DNA of 64,000 nucleotides from Nitrosopumilus sp. (GCA_965206745.1 OZ242220.1:1184001-1248000); one strand, 5' to 3'. Numbered from the stretch's first letter, positions 41,101 to 50,410 are shown. The notes: a model not told the origin generated them from the letters alone. Numbers and translations are program-made.

Positions 41101-41370
41101 AGAAACAAAGAGATGATGGCAAAGGGACTGGTAAAAGACATTGCAAGAAGGCTCCAAACACTCCGAAAAGAGAGAGGATATACACCTACTGACGTGTTAG
41201 ATATTGCATCAATTTTGGAATTAGATGAGGAATCCCTTGAAATGATCAAAGAGAGAGCAGAGGAACTAGCATTTTTGGTCAGGGTAAAACAAGTCAACTT
41301 TACAGAATCCTGCAAAGAGTACAAAGAAGACGACATTGATGGTCAAAAGATCAAAATATCAGTTGAGTAA
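38173..41370 (+). CDS. ileS: Isoleucyl-tRNA synthetase (archaeal/eukaryal type)
   Basis: HIGH-like HAGH, GWDTQGLP, WTTMPFT, WCISRER, EGIDQTRGW, KMSKS. Confidence 0.97.
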   Translation: MELFTRFDAKAIESQVREYIKSIDLERQILASEKPEKIRFIEGPPTMNGIPHAGHLRGRVIKDFWYRFNTLQGKKIQFNGGWDTQGLPVELQVEKELGVTGGKNEAIKEFGVERIVSECKKVVEKFNKTWVEVDELLGMSFNHEKAYWTFRDGFIEREWQVLKKAYENQILEEDFTVIAYCPSCQTSLSHAEVNQGYEEVKDPSLYYKVKLVDEDAFLIVWTTMPFTLVTDAMVGLNPEEDYAYIKVEGETWVVGRTRLEEFMVDVKIKKYRVEKTAKGSEFEGKKYIHPLLDLIPELKEISKSDNYHVAVSEAFVDASTGSGLVHLSPANGEEDIKIANRRRVKVFSPIDDEVKFTEKAGKYQGMFVRDADRPIVEDLRGCNALVKIGKIKHKYPLCWRSHHPIVWLARRGWFYKLDRLGSKAIDAAESVEYFFEQPKNRFLGIIKERHPWCISRERIWGCPLPVWSCKDCGEKNWFFTRKDIVDSADKLPDGPDFELHRPWIDSVTIKCKKCGSTNTKREEYVLDTWHNSGSAPYSSLTDEEYADEIPAPFFTEGIDQTRGWAYTLLIENVILKNAAAPPYKAFLFQGHVLDEKGGKMSKSKGNVLEGAKLLEEYPVDLIRFYFMSKASPIEPLSFSTDELMSRPYQVVNTLFNLHLYFQQNSQYDNFGQANTIEWARQNGLLASPDIWLLSKLQKLIQVLTEKNESCRFHEGAKAIDDFIISNLSQIYIQITRGELWDEDEGKKDRRLAIYAVLREVLKTLDILIHPFCPFTSEHLYQSIFAEKPGILLEKWPVYQEELVNQKVEESFDIMKDVISVSSAARMNAKLKRRWPLDEAQICVKKGHKNKLEQLSELLQSQLNVEKFTITETEKESGLEQILELKQLGLPVKGMVELERKRIGPKAKHHMGELVSAFNQTDPDEIVSSLQKDSKYDFSIDGETISLEKEDFVINFDASENFAVAKRDSNIVIISTSRNKEMMAKGLVKDIARRLQTLRKERGYTPTDVLDIASILELDEESLEMIKERAEELAFLVRVKQVNFTESCKEYKEDDIDGQKIKISVE

Positions 41371-41602
41371 ATTTTAAAAGCAAATGGATTCTGCAACATC
41401 TCAAATAGACGAGGTATTTTAGACTGACGAGCAAAAGTTCATCGGGTTAGATGTGCACAGTTAAGTTGAGTGGGGGTTTCACGTCCAGTGTTGCGATATC
41501 CGTCTTTTTCAGTCTAAGAGAAAATCCATATTTCAAGCCTCCAAGGGATCATAGAATCGGCAAATGTAATATTTTTATTACAATCAAAAATTCCATAAGC
41601 AA

Positions 41603-42187
41603 ATGTCAGAACCAACCCCAAATGTTGTTGGAATCAACGTTCTAAAACAAAACGGCCTAGATGTCGATGAATTGGTAAAAGAACTAGTCAAAAATGCGGC
41701 AGTTGAATTTACTGCCTACTATTACTTTACCAACCTTAGGGCACATTGCACAGGCATGGAAGGAGAGGGTCTCAAAGGAATTATCGAAGACGCAAGACTA
41801 GAGGATCTTAGCCACTTTGAATCATGTCTTGAGAGAATCTACCAATTAGGCGGAATTCTCCCAAATGACGCAACGGAATTCATCAAGATCTCCGGCTGTG
41901 AATTCTTACAGCTTCCTGCAAATCCAACAGATCATAAAGCGATTCTAGAAAAATGTCTAAAAGCAGAACAGGGCGCCATTGTCAACTGGAACAAGATTTG
42001 CCAGATGACATTTGGAAAAGACCCAGTAACATATGATATCGCAAAAGACATCCTAGCTGAAGAGATAGAGCACGAGTCCTGGTTCCTAGAACTAATCTAC
42101 GGAAGACCATCAGGGCACATGCGAAGAAAGTATTCAGGCGAGAGACCACACACAGGAAGGCACTCCAGAGCACTAGATATGGCCTAA
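41603..42187 (+). CDS. dps: Dps-like (DPSL) ferritin-family protein
   Basis: EFTAYYYFT, EDARLEDLSHFE, EQGAI, EIEHESWF di-iron ligands plus Cys residues. Confidence 0.9.
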   Translation: MSEPTPNVVGINVLKQNGLDVDELVKELVKNAAVEFTAYYYFTNLRAHCTGMEGEGLKGIIEDARLEDLSHFESCLERIYQLGGILPNDATEFIKISGCEFLQLPANPTDHKAILEKCLKAEQGAIVNWNKICQMTFGKDPVTYDIAKDILAEEIEHESWFLELIYGRPSGHMRRKYSGERPHTGRHSRALDMA

Positions 42188-42299
42188 TTGCCAAACCATT
42201 TTCTTTTTTAAAATTACAATTAAAGTGACTTTATACACTACAAGTTGTGAATATGCGTTGTTTTATTATGGTTAAATAGAAAAATCACGTATTGGTACC

Positions 42300-42629
42300 A
42301 TGGTAAAACAGATCAGCCTTGATGCGTGGCAGATTCAGCATTTGTCAGATCTGCTAGAGAAGGGCTCAGACATTGTTGCAAAAACAAATAAACCGATTGT
42401 TCTGTATAGGCAGACTCTAGAGGAGGCGGATGAATCATACGAGGAGATTGTTTGCACGCTTACCAAAGGATACGTGATTGAGCAGATGGTAACATCGGGA
42501 GGAATTATAGTTCCAAGCTTTCACCAGCAATTTGTATTTACAACTGAAGAGTATCCTCAAGAATTATTGAGAAAGAGTAAAGATCGCTTTTTGGAGATGA
42601 TTGATTTTTTAGAGGAGCAGTTAAAATAG
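42300..42629 (+). CDS. Hypothetical protein
   Basis: 109-aa ORF with a TTAAATA TATA-like box upstream. Confidence 0.7.
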   Translation: MVKQISLDAWQIQHLSDLLEKGSDIVAKTNKPIVLYRQTLEEADESYEEIVCTLTKGYVIEQMVTSGGIIVPSFHQQFVFTTEEYPQELLRKSKDRFLEMIDFLEEQLK

Positions 42630-43047
42630 CAATCAGGGCTAATCAGGATTGAGGCAAGAACCAGATCTCAAGTGAAATTTTTAGAGGAGGTAAAATCACA
42701 GCAATCATACTGCATTGGTTTTTTTGGCAAACTTGAGAGCGCCATTTACAGTTTTGAGGAATTTGCATAAGAGCATCTAGTTTGGTTGTTGCCTGTCTTC
42801 ATTGTTTTGCATTTGATGACTTGATGTTCCGAATTATCATGTAGTAGATGTGCGACATTACAATAAAGGCAGCATAGTGAAAATAGGCATACGGTATTAT
42901 ACGGTATTTAAACTAGATTGAGGATGTGTCAATGTCAGATGAGAACACAAGATATGAAAGTCAGTTTTTAATTGTTGGGCATATCACTTTAGGTTTGGTT
43001 CTTGTCCTATCATAATTAATAAAGACCGTAACTTTGATGATTCTTGC

Positions 43048-44154
43048 ATGCAGTTACTAGAATTTCAGGCCAAAGAATTATTCAGAGAGTATGGGATTAA
43101 CCTTCTTGAGAGCATCTCATCAACTAACATGGAGGACGGTCGCAAACATGCAAAAGAGTTAGGATATCCACTTGTGATTAAGATTCAGGTGCCAGTAGGG
43201 GGCAGAGGAAAAGCAGGAGGCATTCAAAAATGCCAAAATGACGATGAATTTGAGCTAAAGTATCCCCAAGTCATGGACTTGACAATAAAGGGAGAGAAGG
43301 CAAGGGCGATTTTGCTTGAAAAAATGGCAGACATCAAAAAAGAATTGTACCTTTCAATATTCTTGAATCGCTCAAAGAGATGCTATACGATTATTGCATC
43401 AGCTGAAGGAGGAGTGGAGATTGAATCAGTAAAGAATCAGATCATCAAAGAAATAGGATTGGGAGACGTTTCAGATGAGTTGGCAAGAGAGGTTGCAAAA
43501 GAGATGGAACTAAAGGGAGAGATGGCAGAGCAATTTGCAGATACTCTGAAAAAATTATCAAGGTTGACAATTGAGAAAGAGGCAGAGCTTGTAGAGATCA
43601 ATCCATTGGCAATCATGCAAGATGACTCAATCATGGCACTTGATGGAAAATTCGTAACAGACGATAACAGTAATTTCAGACACGACGAATTGCAGAAATA
43701 TCAAGAAAAGACGGCCATCGAGGAGCAAGCTGAGAAAAGCGGATTTTCCCTAGTTGAGCTTGATGGGGATATCGCAGTTGTTGGCAATGGTGCAGGGCTT
43801 GTAATGTCAACATTGGATATGCTGGCAGATAACGGCGGAAAGCCAGCATGCTTCCTAGATGTGGGTGGAGGTGCAACTACCGAATCAGTGTATGAGGCAC
43901 TGACATTAATCAGCAAGTTGCCAAGGGTTAAAGGAATTCTAGTCAACCTCTATGGAGGAATTGTAAAGACAACAGTGGTTGCAGAGGCATTTCTCAAGGC
44001 ATACGAAAATAACCTAATTGATTTGCCGGTATTTTCAAGACTAAAGGGTACAGAATCAGAAAAAGCAAAAGAGATGCTAAAGGATTCGAGAACCAACATA
44101 TTTGATTCAGTTGAGGAGGCAATTAATGCAGCAGTCATGGGGATAAAGAAATGA
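43048..44154 (+). CDS. sucC: Succinyl-CoA synthetase beta subunit
   Basis: LLEFQAKELF, GGRGKAGG, EINPL, NGAGLVM, FLDVGGG. Confidence 0.96.
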   Translation: MQLLEFQAKELFREYGINLLESISSTNMEDGRKHAKELGYPLVIKIQVPVGGRGKAGGIQKCQNDDEFELKYPQVMDLTIKGEKARAILLEKMADIKKELYLSIFLNRSKRCYTIIASAEGGVEIESVKNQIIKEIGLGDVSDELAREVAKEMELKGEMAEQFADTLKKLSRLTIEKEAELVEINPLAIMQDDSIMALDGKFVTDDNSNFRHDELQKYQEKTAIEEQAEKSGFSLVELDGDIAVVGNGAGLVMSTLDMLADNGGKPACFLDVGGGATTESVYEALTLISKLPRVKGILVNLYGGIVKTTVVAEAFLKAYENNLIDLPVFSRLKGTESEKAKEMLKDSRTNIFDSVEEAINAAVMGIKK

Positions 44155-45068
44155 CAGACATATTCGGATTGCTAAAGGGAAGACCAGGAGATTCTGATTA
44201 TGAAAACAAGGGGGTAATCGTTCAAGGCATTACTGGGGCATACGGTTCACTGCATGCAAAACAGATGATATCGTATGGAACAAATGTGGTGGCAGGAGTC
44301 ACCCCAGGCAAAGGAGGCCAGAAATTTGAAGACAGGATTCCAATATACAACACAATGCAAGAAGCAGTAGATGCAACTCATGCAAAGATCTCCATAGTCT
44401 TTGTTCCGGCAAAATTCTTCTTATCGGCAGCCAAAGAGGCACTAAATGCGGGGATCAAATTGCTTGTGGCCATTCCAGAACACGTTCCAATCAGAGACAC
44501 GATGGAGGCATTGGATTTGGCAAACAAAAAAGATGCAACAATAATTGGTCCAAACACCCCCGGAATAATGATTCCAGAATTAATCAAGATAGGAATCATG
44601 CCACCAATGCCGTTTAAAGCAGGAAAGATTGCAGTGTTATCCAAAAGTGGAACTCTGCTCTATGAGATATCAGACGCCCTTACAAACGCGGGATTTGGTC
44701 AGTCAATTACCATCGGAATCGGGGGAGACCCAGTCAACGGCACAAGATTGATTGATGCATTTGAGATGATAAAAGAGATTCAAGATATCGAGGGTCTAGT
44801 CGTAGTAGGGGAAATCGGAGGAGACTCTGAGGAAATTTTAGCTCAAAGAATCATCGATTCGGGATTTAGCAAACCGACAGTGGCATACATTGCCGGAAGG
44901 GCAGCCCCCAAGGAAAAGAGAATGGGTCACGCAGGGGCAATAGTGATGGGAACATATGGCTCAGCAGAGTCCAAAGTGTCAATGTTTAACAAAGCAAACA
45001 TCCCAGTAGCAAAAAGGCCGGCAGAAGTACCAGTATTGTTGGCAGGAAAAATGGAAAAATCCGATTAG
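44151..45068 (+). CDS. sucD: Succinyl-CoA synthetase alpha subunit
   Basis: VQGITG, GVTPGKGG, GPNTPG, SKSGTL, GIGGD, MGHAGA phospho-His. Confidence 0.97.
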   Translation: MTDIFGLLKGRPGDSDYENKGVIVQGITGAYGSLHAKQMISYGTNVVAGVTPGKGGQKFEDRIPIYNTMQEAVDATHAKISIVFVPAKFFLSAAKEALNAGIKLLVAIPEHVPIRDTMEALDLANKKDATIIGPNTPGIMIPELIKIGIMPPMPFKAGKIAVLSKSGTLLYEISDALTNAGFGQSITIGIGGDPVNGTRLIDAFEMIKEIQDIEGLVVVGEIGGDSEEILAQRIIDSGFSKPTVAYIAGRAAPKEKRMGHAGAIVMGTYGSAESKVSMFNKANIPVAKRPAEVPVLLAGKMEKSD

Positions 45069-45099
45069 AATAAAAGAGAGAGATAAAGGAGAAAGAGTA

Positions 45100-45267
45100 A
45101 TGCCCATCACAGATCCAGAAAAGAAACGAATTGCACAGCAGGCGCGTCTTGTAATGAAAATTTGCTTCAAATGTGGGGCTAGAAACGATATTGATGCAAC
45201 GCGATGCAGAAAATGCAGAAACCCATACTTGAGATTAAAGAACAGAAATCTCGGTGTCAAGAAATAG
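45100..45267 (+). CDS. rpl40e: 50S ribosomal protein L40e
   Basis: Not in ORF track. MPITDPEKKRIAQQARLVMKICFKCGARNDIDATRCRKCRNPYLRLKNRNLGVKK matches the L40e zinc ribbon. Confidence 0.93.
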   Translation: MPITDPEKKRIAQQARLVMKICFKCGARNDIDATRCRKCRNPYLRLKNRNLGVKK

Positions 45268-45269
45268 AA

Positions 45270-45519
45270 TCAAGAGATCATTAGTCTTTGTCTATAATTT
45301 ACAATTGCAGATTTTAATTCACTGTCGTATTGTTTGACAAAGGATTTTGCAGCCTCAGGATCTTTTAATTCTTCAAATGATACCTGTAGATCGTCAGGCA
45401 GTTCCTCATTTATTTGAAACAAAACTTTGGCAGCCTCTACATATTGTCCCAGATTATCTGCAGATTCAAATGCCAATTTCATCCGATCAATCAAGGTATC
45501 AAATTCTTGCAAAGACATG
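45270..45519 (-). CDS. Small hypothetical helical protein (likely start MSLQEFD)
   Basis: C-terminal portion of ORF-track 45270..45593; the upstream extension looks non-coding. Confidence 0.65.
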
Positions 45520-45612
45520 AAGGATATTTTTAAAATTAGTAATAAAGATCGAGGTAATTGTAACATAATGAAATAGCAAAGACAAAAAAACACCTTTTAG
45601 GCTAATTTGGTT

Positions 45613-45708
45613 GGACCGGTCGTCTAGTTTGGTTTGGATGACGCACTCACACTGCGTAAGGAAGTCACCTTCCCGCAAAGGTCGTGGGTTCAAATCCCAT
45701 CCGGTCCA
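45613..45708 (+). tRNA. tRNA-Val(CAC) with a 21-nt intron at position 44/45 (45659-45679); CCA follows at 45709-45711
   Basis: Acceptor GGACCGG/CCGGTCC; anticodon arm ACGCA-CT-CAC-AC-TGCGT; T arm GTGGG-TTCAAAT-CCCAT. BHB: TGCG:CGCA helix, bulges TAA and AAG, intron stem GGAAG:CTTCC. Confidence 0.9.
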
Positions 45709-46013
45709 CCATTTTATTGGTTCTTAAACAAGTTCTACACGGAGATAAATGCATGGCTTACCATGATGTTGATCGATACGATGATTCACTGGAATAATTC
45801 CCAGTGTCGATCAGAAATTCATCCCTATTTTTACTGTCCTCGCTTAAGGTAAACAACTAGATCTATTACGATGAACTTTTACTTGTCACTATAGACTGAA
45901 TACCAAGCAATACAACACGTGATCACTCAAAGATGTTTCAAATATTTTTTTGAGTTTTTAAAACTTGTTAGAATTCATCTTTTTTTAAATTATGATATAT
46001 TTTAATTTTATAG

Positions 46014-46829
46014 TCATAAATTAGATTTTTTTATTTTTTCAACCAAATCTATCCCTCTAACAAGTTCAACATCATCTTGAGAAACTAAAAACTCTAAAAT
46101 TTCTTTATATTTTCTGCCCCCTTTCATTTGCAAAACATTATCATGCCAAATCATTGTCAATATTTGGTTTCCAAGAGTACGAGAATAGTCTAAAGTATTT
46201 TTAAAAATGTCCACTAATTTGTTTTCGGGTATTTTCATATGTGTAAACAGATATGCATCCATCAACGTTACTGGGAATTCATAAATGCCATCTATTATTG
46301 AATAACCCATTTCGTTTTTATCGATTTTATCTTTTGAGTTTCTAAATGATGAATCATAAACAAATCCTAATTTTTTTAGTTTTGAAGGAAGGTTTGAATC
46401 ATAATTTAAATAATGAACTCGATTTCCAAGAATTGGATTTTTAGTAAGGGATTCAAGTGTTTCTTTTTCATCTTTAATTTTATTAAAATCCAAAGTATTG
46501 TGTGGATCTAAATGGAGTCCAATTTCCCAACCGCCTTTGTTTAATGTGTTTATTTCATCTTCATAATCCAAATAATTTCCATTTTCGTATATGGTTCTAA
46601 AGAAAAATGAAGATTTTATCCCTAATGATTCCTCTATCTCCATAATTTCGGGAAAATTGTAATAAGGATTTTTTGTATCTAGAGAATCAATAGTTTCTTG
46701 AGAAAACCTTTCTTTTCTTGCCAAAATGTGTTCTTTTCCAGGCCCCTGTTTTCTCCAATCAACGTCATGACTCAAAAAAATATACTGTACCAATAATGAG
46801 TCAGTGATTGGGAGGGTTTTAAAAAGCAA
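46014..46829 (-). CDS. Polysaccharide deacetylase (CE4/NodB-like)
   Basis: LSHDVD, WEIGLH, NRVHYL, YDSS, EFPVTLMD, IWH motifs; very AT-rich. Confidence 0.85.
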   Translation of the reverse strand: MLFKTLPITDSLLVQYIFLSHDVDWRKQGPGKEHILARKERFSQETIDSLDTKNPYYNFPEIMEIEESLGIKSSFFFRTIYENGNYLDYEDEINTLNKGGWEIGLHLDPHNTLDFNKIKDEKETLESLTKNPILGNRVHYLNYDSNLPSKLKKLGFVYDSSFRNSKDKIDKNEMGYSIIDGIYEFPVTLMDAYLFTHMKIPENKLVDIFKNTLDYSRTLGNQILTMIWHDNVLQMKGGRKYKEILEFLVSQDDVELVRGIDLVEKIKKSNL

Positions 46830-46835
46830 TATGAA

Positions 46836-46958
46836 CTATTTCCAAGATAACTGTTCTCGCCAGGAATTGAGCTTTTTCTAATCTGGGTAATCCTTACAGT
46901 TAACCAAAAAATCATCCGCAGGATTAATGTCATAACCGCACTTGCAGGTTTTGATCAT
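46836..46958 (-). pseudogene. Zinc-ribbon micro-ORF remnant with in-frame TAG
   Basis: MIKTCKCGYDINPADDFLVNCKDYPD*KKLNSWREQLSWK*; internal TAG at 46880-46878. Confidence 0.35.
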
Positions 46959-47062
46959 AATTGGAAATTAACATGATTTTCTCTAAATCTTTTGTTATTG
47001 GTACTGTTGCAGTAAAAGAATTAGATCAGTCGTCTAATTGTAGCCAAAACCAGATGTGGTAA

Positions 47063-47608
47063 TTACAAAAATTTCCATGCCATTACATTTGAACCCTTTG
47101 TATCAGGCTCACCCAACGTATCCACATTATAACCTAAATTTTCAAGATATGACGGGTAAATTGTTGATAAATGCTCTTCAAATGGATTTCCATATTCCGG
47201 ACCTTGTTCATATTTTCCATAAGGCACTCCAAGAATTACAACTTTGGCCATTTTTTCTATTTTTTTTAATGTTGGTTCAATCTCAGCTTGTTTAAGATGT
47301 TCTATTCCATGCCAATAAAAAATAATGTCAAATGTATTTTCTAAAATTTTGTCAATATTTCTTACATCCCCATTGATAATATCAAAAATGGTCCTGTCAG
47401 AAAATTTTGTTTTTAGGAACTCATAATTATCCTTGAATACTTCTAAAATTACAATTTTTTCATAGGGTACTTTTTCGAATTGATCGACGAAATGCTGACG
47501 TCTTTGATTTGCACCAACATAAAGAACAGATTGATATTTTGTAGAAAATAATTCAGGCAAATTCTTTATTACTTGTTTTGCACGTTCTTCTTGCATTGAA
47601 TCAGGCAT
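47063..47608 (-). CDS. Class I SAM-dependent methyltransferase-like protein
   Basis: VLYVGA (motif I-like), ILEVF, INGDVRNI, FDIIFYWHGIEHL. Confidence 0.78.
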   Translation of the reverse strand: MPDSMQEERAKQVIKNLPELFSTKYQSVLYVGANQRRQHFVDQFEKVPYEKIVILEVFKDNYEFLKTKFSDRTIFDIINGDVRNIDKILENTFDIIFYWHGIEHLKQAEIEPTLKKIEKMAKVVILGVPYGKYEQGPEYGNPFEEHLSTIYPSYLENLGYNVDTLGEPDTKGSNVMAWKFL

Positions 47609-48044
47609 TTATATAAAAAAGTATTTTTGGTGTATTATAAAGCATTTGTTGAAAAACAAGAAATTTGTGGAATGCAAAAAGTAGCATATCCCCTATTGAC
47701 AACATGACGATCTTCGGATTCCTCACAATGACTGTTTCTTTTGGCAGCGTCTTGCCAGAAAGGTTGTAGAAAGATTATCCAAAAAAATGACGTATATCGA
47801 TATCAAGTGACAAGTAATCCTCAAAATCATAACGTCGGGCTTTGAAGAAGTTTATAATATCTTGGAGAAAGAAAGCAACAACAAATACGAAGGCGAGATA
47901 AACGTGCCTGACAACAGAAGAGTAATAATGGGATTTGCTCACTTTATGGAGGGTCGACAACTGCTATTTTTTATGTGCTACTATATATATAAAGAGATAA
48001 CTTTGTCTAAAGTATAAATATATTGCACATAGTACTATTACTGT

Positions 48045-48731
48045 ATGAATACACAGGAATCCACATCAATACTTGAAAAGGCAAAGGATGCAATCAGATT
48101 TGCGCAGGAACTTCCCCCCAGTCCAATCTACAACCTAAAGAATTTGGAACATACGACAAGAGTCTCTACTAGAACCATCAGAAGAAGACTGGCTCATCTT
48201 GAGGAGCTTGGACTAGCAGATTACAATCGTGGAAAGTTTACAATAAAAAGAGAAGTGATCTCCCAACCGTACACTGTTTTACAAAAAATAATTCCCTCAC
48301 TAATAGCACTCAAAAGAGCCAGAAGGTTTGGAAGATACTACAAACCAACCGATGTCAACTTTATGAAGAAACATCTTCCAAAAGATTCCATCATAACACT
48401 TGAACATAAAGCTCACCAATTAACAAAGTTTCAAATTCCGCTTAACTTTTATGTTTATGTTGAGGATGTAGAAGAGATTGCCGATCTTTTGAAAAGCCAC
48501 AGATTTAGAGAGGGAAAAAGAGGCAACATTATTCTGCTTCCAAAGATAGGTTCTTTTGAAAATCTGATTGAAAGAATCTTTCTTGATTGTGTGGCAAATG
48601 GTGGACGAGATTTTCTGGATGCTGCTGCCATCATGTTAACCCACAAGGACATGATAAAGACAAGGGGGATGTTTGCAGTCGATACCATACTAAAAGTTCA
48701 GGAGGACCTTCCAAATGATGTCGATTATTAA
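48045..48731 (+). CDS. wHTH protein with AbiEi-like C-terminal domain (putative type IV antitoxin/regulator)
   Basis: VSTRTIRRRLAHLEELGL HTH; C-terminal ERIFLDCVANGGRDFLDAA; overlaps the NTase gene. Confidence 0.7.
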   Translation: MNTQESTSILEKAKDAIRFAQELPPSPIYNLKNLEHTTRVSTRTIRRRLAHLEELGLADYNRGKFTIKREVISQPYTVLQKIIPSLIALKRARRFGRYYKPTDVNFMKKHLPKDSIITLEHKAHQLTKFQIPLNFYVYVEDVEEIADLLKSHRFREGKRGNIILLPKIGSFENLIERIFLDCVANGGRDFLDAAAIMLTHKDMIKTRGMFAVDTILKVQEDLPNDVDY

Positions 48732-49224
48732 AGAAGCAGTGTGCATTTCCAAAGATTTTGGAACGGCTACATTTGTCGGAGCAGTGGCAGTCATGTTGCA
48801 TACTGATGAGCAACGGCAATCTCTGGATTTAGATTTTGTTGTTGCCGAGCAAATCACAGTGGATGAATTTTTGGATAAAGGGTACAAGATTGACCAGCAA
48901 GGCGATAAAAAATTCACACCAAGAGGATACAAGATTGACGTGTATGATAAACGAGACCTAAATGACATTCCGCTTGAATACATCATAAAGACATCGGCAG
49001 TCATCAAGATTGATAAAAAAGGAACCACAGTCAACGCCATCTCCTTGGAAGGATTGATTATTGCAAAGTTTAGGGCAGGACGCGACCAAGACATAGAAGA
49101 TCTACAAAGATTGGCCATCCGCTGTGGCCCAAAAATCAATTGGAATGAGATCAGTCATCTTGCCAAATCTGACGTAGAGTATTCTAAAATAGAGCAGGCA
49201 ATCCGTCTTTATTTGACCCAATGA
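48715..49224 (+). CDS. Nucleotidyltransferase (AbiEii/MenT-like putative toxin)
   Basis: FVGAVAVMLH...RQSLDLDF (GxxA...DxD), KIDVY, AKFRAGRDQDIEDL. Confidence 0.78.
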   Translation: MMSIIKEAVCISKDFGTATFVGAVAVMLHTDEQRQSLDLDFVVAEQITVDEFLDKGYKIDQQGDKKFTPRGYKIDVYDKRDLNDIPLEYIIKTSAVIKIDKKGTTVNAISLEGLIIAKFRAGRDQDIEDLQRLAIRCGPKINWNEISHLAKSDVEYSKIEQAIRLYLTQ

Positions 49225-49708
49225 TTCCTCAGATCAAGAACCAAATCATTGGGCAGGGATGAAGGGAATTCTAAAAGGCCCTCAAGACATATTGCAAGCA
49301 GCCTGGTTGAGATGTCATTTTTTATGAAGAGGTACATCAGCTCATTTGTGTGTGTTGTATCAAAACAAGATATCATTAGTTTGATACTGCGATGCATCTG
49401 TTACAATGTATATGTTTAGGGAAAAGCAGATGGCATTATTATGTTGCATCATTAGTCTGAGATATGCACGATTGGTTGGCATTCTGCAAATTCTAACATG
49501 TTTTGAATGGTTTTGGCATTTCATATTGCAAAATTTATTCATATTTGGCGTGTAATTTTGTATTTTGGTGTGCAAAAAAAATCAAGGTGGAGTATTGATT
49601 GTAAGAGAGAATGTCAACATTACGTAAAATTTCATGGTATCGGCTCTGACAATCTCACAATATTTTGGAACGTAAAATGAGCTTTTTAGTGGCAATCTCT
49701 ACTTTATT

Positions 49709-50410
49709 TTAATTATCAAGAATGCAAGAATGGGTTGCAGCATCATAAATGGTTCCAGATCCACATTGGGAATTAGAATCACTAGGATCAGATGTCTTTG
49801 AAGTGCCAAGCACGCATGAATTTGATTCTGAATCAAACACAGTTCCAGATCCACATTCTGAATTAGAATCAATACGTGAAACATCATCAACCACTGCAGG
49901 AATTGTGACTGTATCAGGGGTTGAACTCTCCAAAACATTATCAAAATACCCTTGGGTGTATCCGGTTCCAAGAATTATCAAAATCAAAAGAGGAATACCA
50001 ACAAGAATAGTAATTTTGAACGGAGTTGATTTTACGAAACTCTTAGATCTTTGTTTTGGGATTGGCTGTGGATTTGCATCAATTTCAAATATAGAAGTGC
50101 CACAAATCATACAAAAGTTGGCGCCCATTGGGCCTTTTTTTCCACATTTCCAGCAATGAATAATTTCTTCATTTTCAGGCTCATTTTCAAAAACAATGTC
50201 TTCGGACTGGGCATCAGATGTTTGTTTAACGAGGTATTTTTCCCTCATCCGTTTTAGATAATTTTCATCAGTGATCCAGATAGTTTTGTTTTTAACGTAT
50301 GCCTGTTTGATATGCTCCAGCCTATACGAATCACCAACGCCCATCTTTAACAAAGCATTAACTTCATCTACAACATCAGCAGAGTCCATGATGCTATCCA
50401 TTACAGGCAT
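49709..50410 (-). CDS. Zinc-ribbon membrane protein with two C-terminal CGSGT-x-D-x-SC motifs
   Basis: CWKCG...FCMICG double zinc ribbon, one TM helix, then DSNSECGSGTVFDSESNSCVL and DSNSQCGSGTIYDAATHSCIL. Confidence 0.82.
   Translation of the reverse strand: MPVMDSIMDSADVVDEVNALLKMGVGDSYRLEHIKQAYVKNKTIWITDENYLKRMREKYLVKQTSDAQSEDIVFENEPENEEIIHCWKCGKKGPMGANFCMICGTSIFEIDANPQPIPKQRSKSFVKSTPFKITILVGIPLLILIILGTGYTQGYFDNVLESSTPDTVTIPAVVDDVSRIDSNSECGSGTVFDSESNSCVLGTSKTSDPSDSNSQCGSGTIYDAATHSCILDN

Noticed and set aside
41424-41530. Hammerhead ribozyme suggested by CTGACGAG
   Set aside because: No properly placed C-GAAA closing stem II and no consistent stems on either strand.
42604-42707. Degenerate duplication TTTTTAGAGGAG...AGCAATCA as an att site or target-site duplication
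   Set aside because: Short, imperfect, about 70 nt apart, and no element lies between the copies.
44979-45260. 93-aa minus-strand ORF
   Set aside because: Antisense shadow of rpl40e and the end of sucD.
45634-45852. 72-aa ORF
   Set aside because: Overlaps the tRNA-Val gene; spurious.
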